60,847 bases of DNA, taken from IMG/VR virus record IMGVR_UViG_3300020042_009006, positions 1 to 60,847 of that record, one strand, 5' to 3'. Position 1 is the stretch's first letter, and each line of letters starts with the position of its first letter. Below, in pieces: positions 38,258-48,063 of the stretch. The DNA comes from a virus. Lineage: Duplodnaviria > Caudoviricetes. The notes under the pieces are model-generated. The model searched no databases, was not told where the DNA came from, and saw only the letters and a program-made list of their open reading frames with translations. The position numbers and the translations under genes were made by a program.

Positions 38258-38479
38258 GTGAGCAAAACAACAGAGCAACGCCTAGATACAACAACTCAAC
38301 AACTCAACATAGCGTTTGACCTAATCAACGAACTATGGACTAACAATAATCTCAACTTGCTATTGGACACTCCAGAACTAACTGAAACTGAACGCCAAGT
38401 GAGAGAGATTATCATCTCAACAAGATTGGCGATTATGAACGCCAGCAACGAACTTACTTTATTGCGAATACAAAACTAG
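38258..38479 (+). CDS. Hypothetical protein
   Basis: GATAGGAA start motif. Confidence 0.65.
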   Translation: MSKTTEQRLDTTTQQLNIAFDLINELWTNNNLNLLLDTPELTETERQVREIIISTRLAIMNASNELTLLRIQN

Positions 38480-38666
38480 CAATAATCTAAAAAGTCCCCT
38501 AGCCCAAAAAGTTAGGGGACATTTTTTTAGTCAATGTCGTTTAGGCATTTTTCATTTTTACTAGATGAGTTGGAAACTTCTCACGAATAATCAAAAGTTA
38601 GTTTTGGATACGATAATCTTTATTTAGGCAAACGCCAAACAAACTGATAGATAGGAAACTCTCTCA

Positions 38667-39101
38667 ATGGAAACTACTAACAACACCGAAACTCTAACTC
38701 TCCAATACGAGTTGTCTAACAACTGCGAGTGCGTAGATTATGACGAAGATACTGCCACCGAAACTCCTAGCCCTTTCTGCTTGGGTTGCTATGATGACGA
38801 CTTAGACAACATCAAACACGACTTACTAAACAAGTGGATAACTGCTAACGAGTTTGAGTTAGATACACCAATAAAGATTATTGGCTCTAAGATGACTTGG
38901 CGTGGAGTTTCAGGATACAAGATGACGACACCTGAAAACCTAATCTCATCTCTTACAGGTGATTACGACTTCACACTGCGTTTCTACGCCAGCGACGACT
39001 ACAAGACACTACGAGTAGTGCGTTCATCACACGACGAACTTGGTGCGAGTTTTGAGTTTGAGCAAGCGACACCAGACGAGTTAGACGAATACTACAACTA
39101 A
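38667..39101 (+). CDS. Acidic hypothetical protein
   Basis: GATAGGAA start motif. Confidence 0.7.
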   Translation: METTNNTETLTLQYELSNNCECVDYDEDTATETPSPFCLGCYDDDLDNIKHDLLNKWITANEFELDTPIKIIGSKMTWRGVSGYKMTTPENLISSLTGDYDFTLRFYASDDYKTLRVVRSSHDELGASFEFEQATPDELDEYYN

Positions 39102-39241
39102 CTAACTTCACACCGAAATAGTCCCCTTGATTAGTCAGGGGGATTATTTTTTGGTCGCTCTTTCACGAAGGCATTTTTCATTTTTACTAGGTAGATAACA
39201 AACAATAAAAAAATGTCCCCCCCTAGACTTAGGATTGAGTT

Positions 39242-39796
39242 ATGGCTAATACAAACTCACACAAGGCTCTCCCTGAACTTACAGAGCAGAGCGTTCTAAC
39301 ACCGATAAATGCGAACATCACCGAAATCAACTTCGCTCGCCGAGTTGAGATTATGGATAATGGTTGCTGGCTCTGGCACGGAAGTTTCCAACCTGCTAAG
39401 GCTAGTAATGGCTACAAACGCCGACCTTTGCTCTGGTCAGGTCAGGGTCGCCAAAATGGCAAAATGGTATTTGCTCACCGATACGCTTACGAGAGCCGAG
39501 TAAGTGAGTTGCCAAATCAACGCTATTACGCTCTAGAGCAGACTTGCGAACTAGACCTATGCGTAAATCCAAATCATTACGAACTGAAACACCGAGAAAT
39601 CTTTGCTCACAACTCTCACCCTAACTTGATTGCGAGTATCAAGGCTAGACCTAAATGTAAAAATGGACTACACGATAGAACTCCTGAAAATACTTTGATA
39701 CGAAACACAACTCCAACTTGCCGACCTTGCCAAAAGGTTTCTGCCAAAAAAGCGAGCGACAAGTTTCAGGCTAAGAAAAAAGCCAACAAAAAATAA
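39242..39796 (+). CDS. HNH endonuclease-like protein (leaderless)
   Basis: GCWLWHG, AHRYAY, C..LCVNPNH; TAGGAT 6 nt before ATG. Confidence 0.75.
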   Translation: MANTNSHKALPELTEQSVLTPINANITEINFARRVEIMDNGCWLWHGSFQPAKASNGYKRRPLLWSGQGRQNGKMVFAHRYAYESRVSELPNQRYYALEQTCELDLCVNPNHYELKHREIFAHNSHPNLIASIKARPKCKNGLHDRTPENTLIRNTTPTCRPCQKVSAKKASDKFQAKKKANKK

Positions 39797-39963
39797 ACAC
39801 GGAAACTCAAACGCCCAGAGCGAGCGAGGTTGCCTCAGCCATTTTTCATTTTTTCTAGATAGAATGACGACTTCGTGAGAAGTTGTAATAAATGTCTGTG
39901 GTTTGTGATTGACTATCTATGTAAGAGCAACACCCCAAACACCGAATAGATAGGAAAACCGAA

Positions 39964-40365
39964 ATGGCAGTTATAGATTGGGACGAAGTGGAATACGCAC
40001 TAGACGACGCTAAGGCTATCACTTGGGACACTTGCCACAAGATTTATGTTCTTATGGACGACGAGCAGGTTGCCGAAACTCGTGGCTATGGTTATGGTGA
40101 TGAGCCTGATAGTTTCTTTACTTGCGAAGAGAAGACACCGAGCCAAATGCTCTCCATACTAAAAGAGTGGTTTGAGAAGTCCTGTTCCCTGAAGTTTATT
40201 CAGGCAGTAGAAACTAATCACGAAGACGCTAACGCTGGCTATACGAGCCTGATTGAGCAGGGTGCTACCGAATACGAAGTCTGCTGGATTTGTGGCACCG
40301 AAGGTTGCGAAGGTGAGTGCGAAGACGAAGACGAAGACGAAGAAGACGAAGACGAAGAAGATTAG
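39964..40365 (+). CDS. Acidic hypothetical protein
   Basis: GATAGGAA motif; WDTCHKIY; poly-ED tail. Confidence 0.7.
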   Translation: MAVIDWDEVEYALDDAKAITWDTCHKIYVLMDDEQVAETRGYGYGDEPDSFFTCEEKTPSQMLSILKEWFEKSCSLKFIQAVETNHEDANAGYTSLIEQGATEYEVCWICGTEGCEGECEDEDEDEEDEDEED

Positions 40366-40561
40366 TCCAAGTCGCTAGACACCGAAATCCCCCTAGTCAA
40401 AATGGTTAGGGGGATTAGTCTTGCCCAGCACGAACCTTGTTCGTCTAGGCATTTTTCATTTTTTCTAGATGTAGGAAAATAATAATGAAAACACGGAAAG
40501 AAATGTCCGTGGTCAAGGTTATTATTTATGTAGCAACACAAACCAAACGATAGGAAACCAA

Positions 40562-41007
40562 ATGTCCAAGAACACAAAATGCCTAGCCTGTCTAGCAACC
40601 TTTACCAACTCCTACAACTTGTCTTTTTGTGGCGAGTGTGGGGCTGACCAGCAATACCTAATGGAATACCAAACAAACACGGAGAGAACCTTGCCAACTC
40701 AAAACGAACTACTGATTGCTCGCCTAGACGCTCTAATCGCTGAACTAGAACTGACCAAGCAAAACCTAAAAGACCTTGCTGACCTAGTGGGGATTGACCT
40801 GACTACTTCCCCTAGTGGTGATAACTAATGACCAACAAACCAAAAGCAACACCAGAACTATTGGTAGGTCGCCAAGCAAGTTGCTCTATGATTGGCGTTC
40901 AGGGATTTCACGCTATCAAGGCATCAAGCCTAGCCCTAGCGTTCTTTGAGTATCGCCCTGAACACGATTACGATTTCTACTATTGTGGCTGTATTGGGTG
41001 GGACTAG
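40562..41007 (+). CDS. Two hypothetical ORFs (40562-40828; 40828-41007 not in track)
   Basis: GATAGGAA motif; TAATG coupling; second ends YCGCIGWD. Confidence 0.6.
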
Positions 41008-41217
41008 ACCCCCAGACACCGAATAAAAACTTCCCCCCTACTTATTCCAAGGTTCGTAGGGGGGAACTTTTTTGGCTGTCGTTCGTCTAGGGATTTTTCA
41101 TTTTTACTAGATGTATAAAAACTTCATTAGAAGTTGAGATAAATCCAAACCAAAAGTGGTTAGATAGTTATGTAAGCAAAAACGCTTACTCAAGTTAGAT
41201 AGGAAATCTAAACCAAA

Positions 41218-41565
41218 ATGACCAAGCAAGTAATCGTAATCACACCAGAACACGAAGTATCTGTCCAGCAAATGCCAAGCACCAGCCCTGATGAATACAA
41301 CTTTCTAAACACGGCAGTAGCAGGTTGGATACAGGCAGTCGCTCTAGCAGATGACCTAGAAGGTATTACCCTTTGGGTCAATGAAGAAGGTAAGTTGGAT
41401 AACCTGCCCTACAACCCCCTAGCAACTCTCCTTTGGGAAATGTCCTATGGCTTTACTGATGTAATCTGTGGCACAGCAGTCCTAACAGGTGGCACTGATG
41501 ATGAAGGTGAAACACTTCCCCTAACTGATGAGCAGGTCGCCAAAATCTTAGCAGTCGTGAAATAA
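41218..41565 (+). CDS. DUF3846-like protein
   Basis: VAGWIQAV, VNEEGKL..LPYN..A, ICGT. Confidence 0.75.
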   Translation: MTKQVIVITPEHEVSVQQMPSTSPDEYNFLNTAVAGWIQAVALADDLEGITLWVNEEGKLDNLPYNPLATLLWEMSYGFTDVICGTAVLTGGTDDEGETLPLTDEQVAKILAVVK

Positions 41566-41761
41566 CCAAACACGGAAAAGATACTCTGCCAGAAATGGCA
41601 GGGTATTTTTTTGCCCAGCGTTGAGCGAACTTCGTCTAGCCATTTTTCATTTTTTCTAGATGTAAGACCAAAATACAAAGAACTTGTATTTGATGTCGGT
41701 CGTAGGGTATAGAGTGGTCTTACAGCAAAACGCTGAAACCAAAATCAAGGAGATACCAAAA

Positions 41762-42127
41762 ATGGCAACTGCCAAAACAGCCGAGAAGGCAACCAGCAAC
41801 ACCGAGCCTAAGAAGGCTAGAAGCAACAAGAAGGCAACACCAGCAGTATCAGTAGAACTATCAGCAGAAGGCAAGAAGGCACTAGCCGCTTTCCGTGAAG
41901 CCAAGAAGGCAGAAGCCCTAGCCAAAGAGCAGAAGGAAATGGCAGAACTAGCCCTTCGTGAAGCACTAGGCGACCACAAAGAAGGTCTAGTGGAAGGTAT
42001 GGTCGTAGTCAAGGTTGTAAATGGCAAGAACACTCATTTTGACCGAGAACTAATGAAGGAAATCTTCCCAGAAGCCTACCAAGCAACCCTTCGTGAAACT
42101 CTTTACGATTACCTAAGAACTCTCTAA
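41762..42127 (+). CDS. Hypothetical protein, paralog family A
   Basis: FDRELMKEIFPEAYQ. Confidence 0.7.
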   Translation: MATAKTAEKATSNTEPKKARSNKKATPAVSVELSAEGKKALAAFREAKKAEALAKEQKEMAELALREALGDHKEGLVEGMVVVKVVNGKNTHFDRELMKEIFPEAYQATLRETLYDYLRTL

Positions 42128-42314
42128 CACCGAGAGCCAAGCGAACTCCTGAACTTCGGTTCGGGAGTTTCGTTTTATCTTTTTTTGCGTTTCTTGTAGC
42201 CATTTTTCATTTTTTCTAGATACATAGTAAAAAGTGCGACAGCACTTCACACAAAGTAGATAAATGTCGCCCCCTAATGTAAGAATAGAGATACCAAAGA
42301 GATAGGAACTCAAA

Positions 42315-42527
42315 ATGGCAAACCGAAAAGAACTTCAGCAAGTTATCAAGATTGTAGCCAAGCACGGCTGGTCTATCGCCCTAAACAAGAACAACCATTA
42401 CAAGTGGATAGCCCCTAGTGGTGCGTTCTTCTATTCTTCTAGCACTCCAAGCGATAGGCGTAGCCTAGAACGAATAAAGAGAGATTTACGCCGACTAGGC
42501 TTTGACCTGCGAAAACTAGACAACTAA
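42315..42527 (+). CDS. HicA-like toxin/mRNA interferase
   Basis: GW..NHYKW..P.G..STPSD..L...GF. Confidence 0.65.
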   Translation: MANRKELQQVIKIVAKHGWSIALNKNNHYKWIAPSGAFFYSSSTPSDRRSLERIKRDLRRLGFDLRKLDN

Positions 42528-42538
42528 GGAGATACAAA

Positions 42539-42826
42539 ATGGCACTCACTCACGGAGATTACAACTGCGATAGTTGTGGAACTTGGTGCGACCTAGACCC
42601 TGTGGCACTTCTAGGCAGAACCCCTAAACTCTATGGCTTGGAAGACCCCGCTAAAGTCCTAGAACTAACTCACTTCTGGCTCTGTGGCGATTGCTCGCCT
42701 GATTACCCCAATGGTGCTAAAGACTTCTTCACCGAAGATTACTTTGAGATAGAAGAACCCTACTGCTCTGGGTGCGAGGTTGAGCCTGTGCTGGCTTGGG
42801 GAAACTCCTGTGCCTACTGCGACTAA
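42539..42826 (+). CDS. Cys-rich hypothetical protein
   Basis: Four CxxC; AAGGAG RBS. Confidence 0.6.
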   Translation: MALTHGDYNCDSCGTWCDLDPVALLGRTPKLYGLEDPAKVLELTHFWLCGDCSPDYPNGAKDFFTEDYFEIEEPYCSGCEVEPVLAWGNSCAYCD

Positions 42827-43011
42827 CTAAAAGAACTCCCCCTGATAAGTCAGGGGGAACTTTTTTTTCGGCTTTTCGTCTAGCCATTTTTCATTTTTAC
42901 AAGAGAGATAAAAATACTTCGTTAGAAGTAGTTGTAATGTCGGTGGTTTATGGTTTGATAGTTATGTGAGCAACACCGCCCACAAAACTAAAAAAGATAG
43001 GAAGTGCCAGA

Positions 43012-43407
43012 GTGTCCAACGACAACCTAGCAAACCAACTAGCAGAACTACTGAACGAGTTGGAAGAAGTATCAAGCGAACTAAACGACATTGACCTAGA
43101 TGTTGCCAGCGAACTAAAGTCAGCAATAGACGAAGCAGAACAGGCTAAGTCCAACGCCGAAGAAGCAGTCAGCAATCTAGAAGATGTAATCAGCAACCTA
43201 GAAGCAATCTCTCTACCAGACCCTAGCGACCTAGAGAGTGCCACAGACCGACTAGACAAAGCAGTTGCCACAATCAAAGAACTAGCCGAGCAGTTGGAAA
43301 CTCTAGCCCCTAAGTCCCTAACCCTAATCGTCAAGCAGGGTTCGGCAGAGCAGAAGTTTTATCTTCACCCAGACAGCCCAGCCGTGATTGAGATTATCAC
43401 CGAGTAA
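43012..43407 (+). CDS. Acidic coiled-coil protein
   Basis: GATAGGAA motif; heptad pattern. Confidence 0.65.
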   Translation: MSNDNLANQLAELLNELEEVSSELNDIDLDVASELKSAIDEAEQAKSNAEEAVSNLEDVISNLEAISLPDPSDLESATDRLDKAVATIKELAEQLETLAPKSLTLIVKQGSAEQKFYLHPDSPAVIEIITE

Positions 43408-43597
43408 TCTCTCGCTACGAAGAAGTCCCCTTGACCTTAGGAAAGTCAGGGGGATTTTTTTATGCCCAGATTTTTTTGCTTTTCGTGTAGGCATTTTTCA
43501 TTTTTACTAGATAAACTAAACAAAAATGCCAACACGGCATTTTATTTTTTTTTATCTCTGCTACATTGGAACTAGCCAATAGATAGGAGAAACCAAA

Positions 43598-44114
43598 ATG
43601 GCTGAACAGAAAACATTTCCTAGCGTAGTGGAATACCTAAAACAACGAGAGCAAAAACTAGCAGACCTTATAGAGTGGATGTCGGCAACTAACTCCAACT
43701 CCATTGTGGTCAAACTAACCAGAACAGCGTTAGCAGAAGTTAGACACGCTCTACTGATTGCCGAACTAAACGAGCAAAAGACAAAGGAAAACTAAAATGG
43801 CTAAAATCGCAAACTACGAGATAGAGGCACACATCTCGGCACTAGCCCCGTTCATCAACTACAACAGCAGTATTGTTGCTAATCGTGAAAATGGGTTCTA
43901 TCGTGTTTGGCATTGGGAAACACAAATCCTAACTTACAACATCAACACGGGTGTTATAGACCACCTATACTCTCACAATCGCTCTCAAACCACTAGCACC
44001 CTAGTCGGTCGTATCGTTCGTAATCTGCCCCGTCAAGCAGTCGTAAAGTTTCTAGTGGAAACCGAACTTGGCAAGTATGACCGAACTCGTATCGTGAAAA
44101 TGGCGAGATTGTAA
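43598..44114 (+). CDS. Two hypothetical ORFs (43598-43795, 43797-44114)
   Basis: GATAGGAG and AAGGA start motifs. Confidence 0.6.
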
Positions 44115-44306
44115 AAGTCCAAAAGAGATAGCCACGAACTTCGGTTCGTGGTTATTTTTTAGCCTCGTCATCACAAAGGCATTTTTCATTTTTTCTAGAT
44201 GTATAAAACACTTCGTAAGAAGTTGTTGATAAATGTAGGTGGTCGGGTATAGATTGGAAACACGGGATAAGGAAAAGCCAAGTCCCCCAGACAGATAGGA
44301 AGTCTA

Positions 44307-44619
44307 ATGACTACTTACAAGTGCCTAAAGTGTGGTGCTACCACAACAGACCCAAAGCACGCTCTAATCAAGTGGTTCCACGCTAACTGCCCAGCAGAGA
44401 AAGGGGGGAAGTAAAATGGAAGTCAAGTATCCAGAAGTCAAAAAAGTCAAGTTGATTGGTGAAGACGGAAACGCCTTTGCTATTCTTGGTCGGGTAATGA
44501 AAGCGATGAAAGTCGCAGGATTACCGAAAGAAGTCATTGACGCTTACTACACGGAAGCCACAAGTGGCGATTATGACCACTTGCTACAAACCACTATCAA
44601 GTGGGTCAAGACCAAGTAA
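44307..44619 (+). CDS. Two small ORFs (44307-44414 not in track; 44416-44619 GEDGNAF-motif phage protein)
   Basis: GATAGGAA motif; LIGEDGNAFAILG..SGDYDHLL. Confidence 0.65.
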
Positions 44620-44794
44620 AGCCCCGTCAGGTATTCGGTCAATACCTAAAGCCCCCTTGCTCAAAGAGAGCAGGGGGGTTTCCACTTGTCCAGAGAAACG
44701 CATTTTTCATTTTTGCGAGAGTAGGGGAAAAACTTTTTGGAAATCGGGAAAAAATCTCAAACAACTTTAGTTATCTCTAGTGGAAAGGAAATAA

Positions 44795-45316
44795 ATGTTC
44801 ATAGAACGCCCAGAAGACGCAGAGCAAGCAGAACTATTTGCTATGGGTCTAATCAAAGAACCGAAAGACAATGGCACGCTACTCCTTGTCCCTTGTCGCC
44901 ACAAAGTATTCTGCCGAACACACGGAACACTTTGGATACATCTAAGAACCAACAAATCCAAAATCAAAATCAAAACAAGAGAGATACTAGGTAAATGACT
45001 AACCAGAACCCAGACCCAGACCAGAACCCCCTACTGAACCCTAAGTTCCTTGTTGGAGAGAACCCAGACATCAAAGGTTTCCTAGCGTGGCTGTTTGACC
45101 CAGAAGTAGATAAAGCGTTTCAGGAAGCGTTCCCGATTGACGAGAGTGAGCAAGATGAGAACTAAACTAACCCCAGAGCAAATCACCGAACTAGATAAAT
45201 ACCAGACACGGAAAACTTTTGACTTGATAAGAGTTGGTATGGTCTTAGGTCTAGTCCCTTGGTCTAACAAGATTACGATTACTCGCAAAGTTCGCAAACT
45301 GAAAACTGAAATCTAG
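44795..45316 (+). CDS. Three short ORFs (44795-44998, 44995-45165, 45155-45316)
   Basis: GAAAGGA RBS; overlapping start and stop codons. Confidence 0.45.
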
Positions 45317-45494
45317 CCAAGCCTAGCCTAGTAATCCCCGTCATTACTAGGCTCGGCAGGGGTGGTTGGCTAGGCATTTTTCATTTTTCCTAGATGAATA
45401 AAAAAACTTTTGGAAAATGCTAGACACGGCAACTTTTATTTTGTTAGGCTGGTCTTGTTGGAACAATCCAACGCTGAGAGATAGGAAACTCAAA

Positions 45495-45832
45495 ATGAAT
45501 AAGTATGTAATCCGTAGAGCAGTGCTAGGTATCGTAATCACTCCCCTAGTTGCTCTGGTCTGGCTAATCGGTATCGCTGTGCTAATCGGTATGGGTGCTG
45601 AACCAACTGCTAGTGCTAGTCAAGTCTGGGTAGATGGTCTATGGCTTGGCGTGGCAGTATCGGTGGTATTCGCTGGAAGTGTCTGGGGTAAGCGATAATG
45701 GCTAACAAAGATGTCTGGCTAATAGTTGCTTGCTCAATGCTGGTATCTGGCTCGGTAGGTCTGGGCTTTATACTTGGTAGAAACTCCGTCTATCGCAAAC
45801 TGCGAACACGGACTAAAAAATGGCTTGATTAG
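45495..45832 (+). CDS. Two small membrane-protein ORFs (45495-45698, 45698-45832)
   Basis: GATAGGAA motif; TM helices; TAATG coupling. Confidence 0.6.
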
Positions 45833-46070
45833 ATTGTCCTATCCAATCTAATCGGGAGAGATGAAACTCTCTATCGGGGCTAGGCGAAAAGATACCCCCC
45901 TATTTATCGCCTAGCCCCACTTTTATTTTTGCTTTTTCTTTTAGGCATTTTTCATTTTTTCTAGAGTTATGGAAAACTTCGTGAGAAGTTGTAGATAAAT
46001 GTCGTTGGCTGGGTGTAGATTTACTACACGGGATAAATAAAAAAAATCCCCTGAATAGATAGGAAACAAA

Positions 46071-46597
46071 GTGAAGTATTTTCTCGCTGGACTAGGTGCT
46101 TACTCAATCGGGGTTGGCTCTCTATCCTTTATGGAACACAACCACCCGAACTCTCTGCTGGTCGGTTGGTTCTTGGGCCTGCTCTTGCTGGTCGGCTCTA
46201 TGGCTCTATTCTTAGGTGGTAAGAAGTAATGACTACTAATGAAGACAACCTAATCACAATCCCTATTAGCATTGACCGAAACTTGCTCTGGCAATCCACC
46301 TTTGGTGGTGGCTGGGAACACTCGTCTTGGTGGGTAGGGCTGAAATACGGAGTTGGTGGCGATTGGGACAAGATTGGCGACGGAACTTTTACTCTAACTG
46401 CCTGCGACCCTGATGATGATGACGAACCTGAAGTCAAGAAGACCCTGACCATAGATGACCTTGCTCGTGCTTGGGGTGTGGCTCTTACAGAGAACTACCA
46501 CCACTGCGGGCAACGCTGGGACTTGGAAGACCCTGACCATTGTGTAAGCGACGGAATACTCCAACTAGCGTTCTTCGGTGAGATTATCTACGGATAA
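46071..46597 (+). CDS. Small membrane ORF (46071-46229) plus hypothetical protein (46229-46597)
   Basis: GATAGGAA motif; second ends D..LQLAFFGEIIYG. Confidence 0.65.
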
Positions 46598-46787
46598 CAA
46601 CACGGCCTCAAAAAAATCTCTCGGCTTCGGTTCAGGGATTTTTTTTGATTATTTTTTTTGTTTGTCTAGGCATTTTTCATTTTTACAAGAGAAGTTGAGA
46701 AACTTCTAGAAGTTGTTGATAAATGTCGGTGGTCTGTGGTTGACTTCTTATGTAGGCAGAAATGCTGAATGATGATAGGAAGTCAAA

Positions 46788-47268
46788 ATGACCACTCCAA
46801 TTTGTAGCGATTGCGGAAACTTTATTGCTGGTAAAGTTTTCCAAACTCTATCCCCTTACACAAACTCTAAACTCTGTGGCAAGTGCCACGCTGAAGAACT
46901 AGAGATGACCATTACAGAAGAACAGGAATAAACCAATGACCACAAACACCGAAACCAACACGGCCAAGGCTACGCTGAAAGTCGTTGCCCTGATTGACGA
47001 ACTAACTGATGTTCGTGCCGAGATTACTCGCCTTGAGAAAATCAAGACTGCCCTAACTGCCGAAGTCAATGAAATCTTTGATAAGGCTGGCGTTGATACT
47101 CTGGTTCATCGCAACATAGATGTTGCTCGTAGAGATTGGCGTGAGCGTTCTGGAACTGATGAAAAGAAGTTAGCCGAGATGTTCCCCGAAGTCTATGAGC
47201 AGACCCGCAAGACCACTCGCTACTCCGTCCTAGTGTCGCTCTATCGCAAGGCAGTCGCCAAGAAGTAG
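46788..47268 (+). CDS. Zinc-finger ORF (46788-46931) plus paralog family A protein (46936-47268)
   Basis: GATAGGAA motif; TDEKKLAEMFPEVYEQ. Confidence 0.65.
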
Positions 47269-47447
47269 AGCAACACCGCTGATCAACAAACTCCCGATTA
47301 GTCGCAAGGCTGGTCGGGAGTTTTTTTGGTCGGCTTTTGGTCTGGGCATTTTTCATTTTTTCTAGATGACTGGGGAACACTTCGTTAGAAGTGGAAACCC
47401 TGTTTGTTTTTTGATAGGCTGAAACTCCAAACGAGATAGGAACTCAA

Positions 47448-48063
47448 ATGTCAAAAATCGCAAACCCTTACAACAACTTCTCTGCTGAAACTCTTGGCTA
47501 CGCCATAGAGGAGGCTTATCGCCAACTCTCTCTGGGTGGCAACCCTGACCGCCTACTCCCTATGATTGAGCAGATGAGCGAGGTCTTAGAGCGTAAGCGT
47601 AAGACTGACTACTGCCAACACGGCGTTTTTCTCTATGGAGATGTTTCTCCGTCTTGCTGGGAGTGTGAGGTCTAATGGCTCTCAACAAGGCTGAACAGGC
47701 TAGGGCTAGGGCTGAACGCTCTGCCTTGTCCCTAGTCCTGCGTGAGCGTGCTAGAAGCAACGCTTCGGGGGTTCACAATAACAAAGGTGCTAGGCGTGCG
47801 AGAACTCGCTCTGCTAGTATCGCTAAGGCTGTATCTCAATGGAAAGTAGGTTCGTAATGCGTTGGTTCTGGTTAGGTCTTTACAAGACTTCACGGGTCAT
47901 AACACGGGTGATGTTTGGGCTGGGTCATAAGGCTCAATGGCTAGGCTGGAAAGCCTATGACAAGGCTGGGCTGGGTGGTGGCGTGGTTCGTGGTCGTAGT
48001 CGTAAGCCTTTGACTGCTATCTGGCGTGCGTGGCGTAAGTTGCTGGCTCGTGTCCAATCGTGA
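47448..48063 (+). CDS. Short ORFs (47448-47675, 47675-47857, about 47857-48063)
   Basis: GATAGGAA motif; TAATG couplings; last two are basic. Confidence 0.55.

Noticed and set aside
31171-40362. GGTGAG and GAAGAC microsatellites at about 31171 and 40321
   Set aside because: They encode ordinary GE and ED low-complexity linkers in frame.
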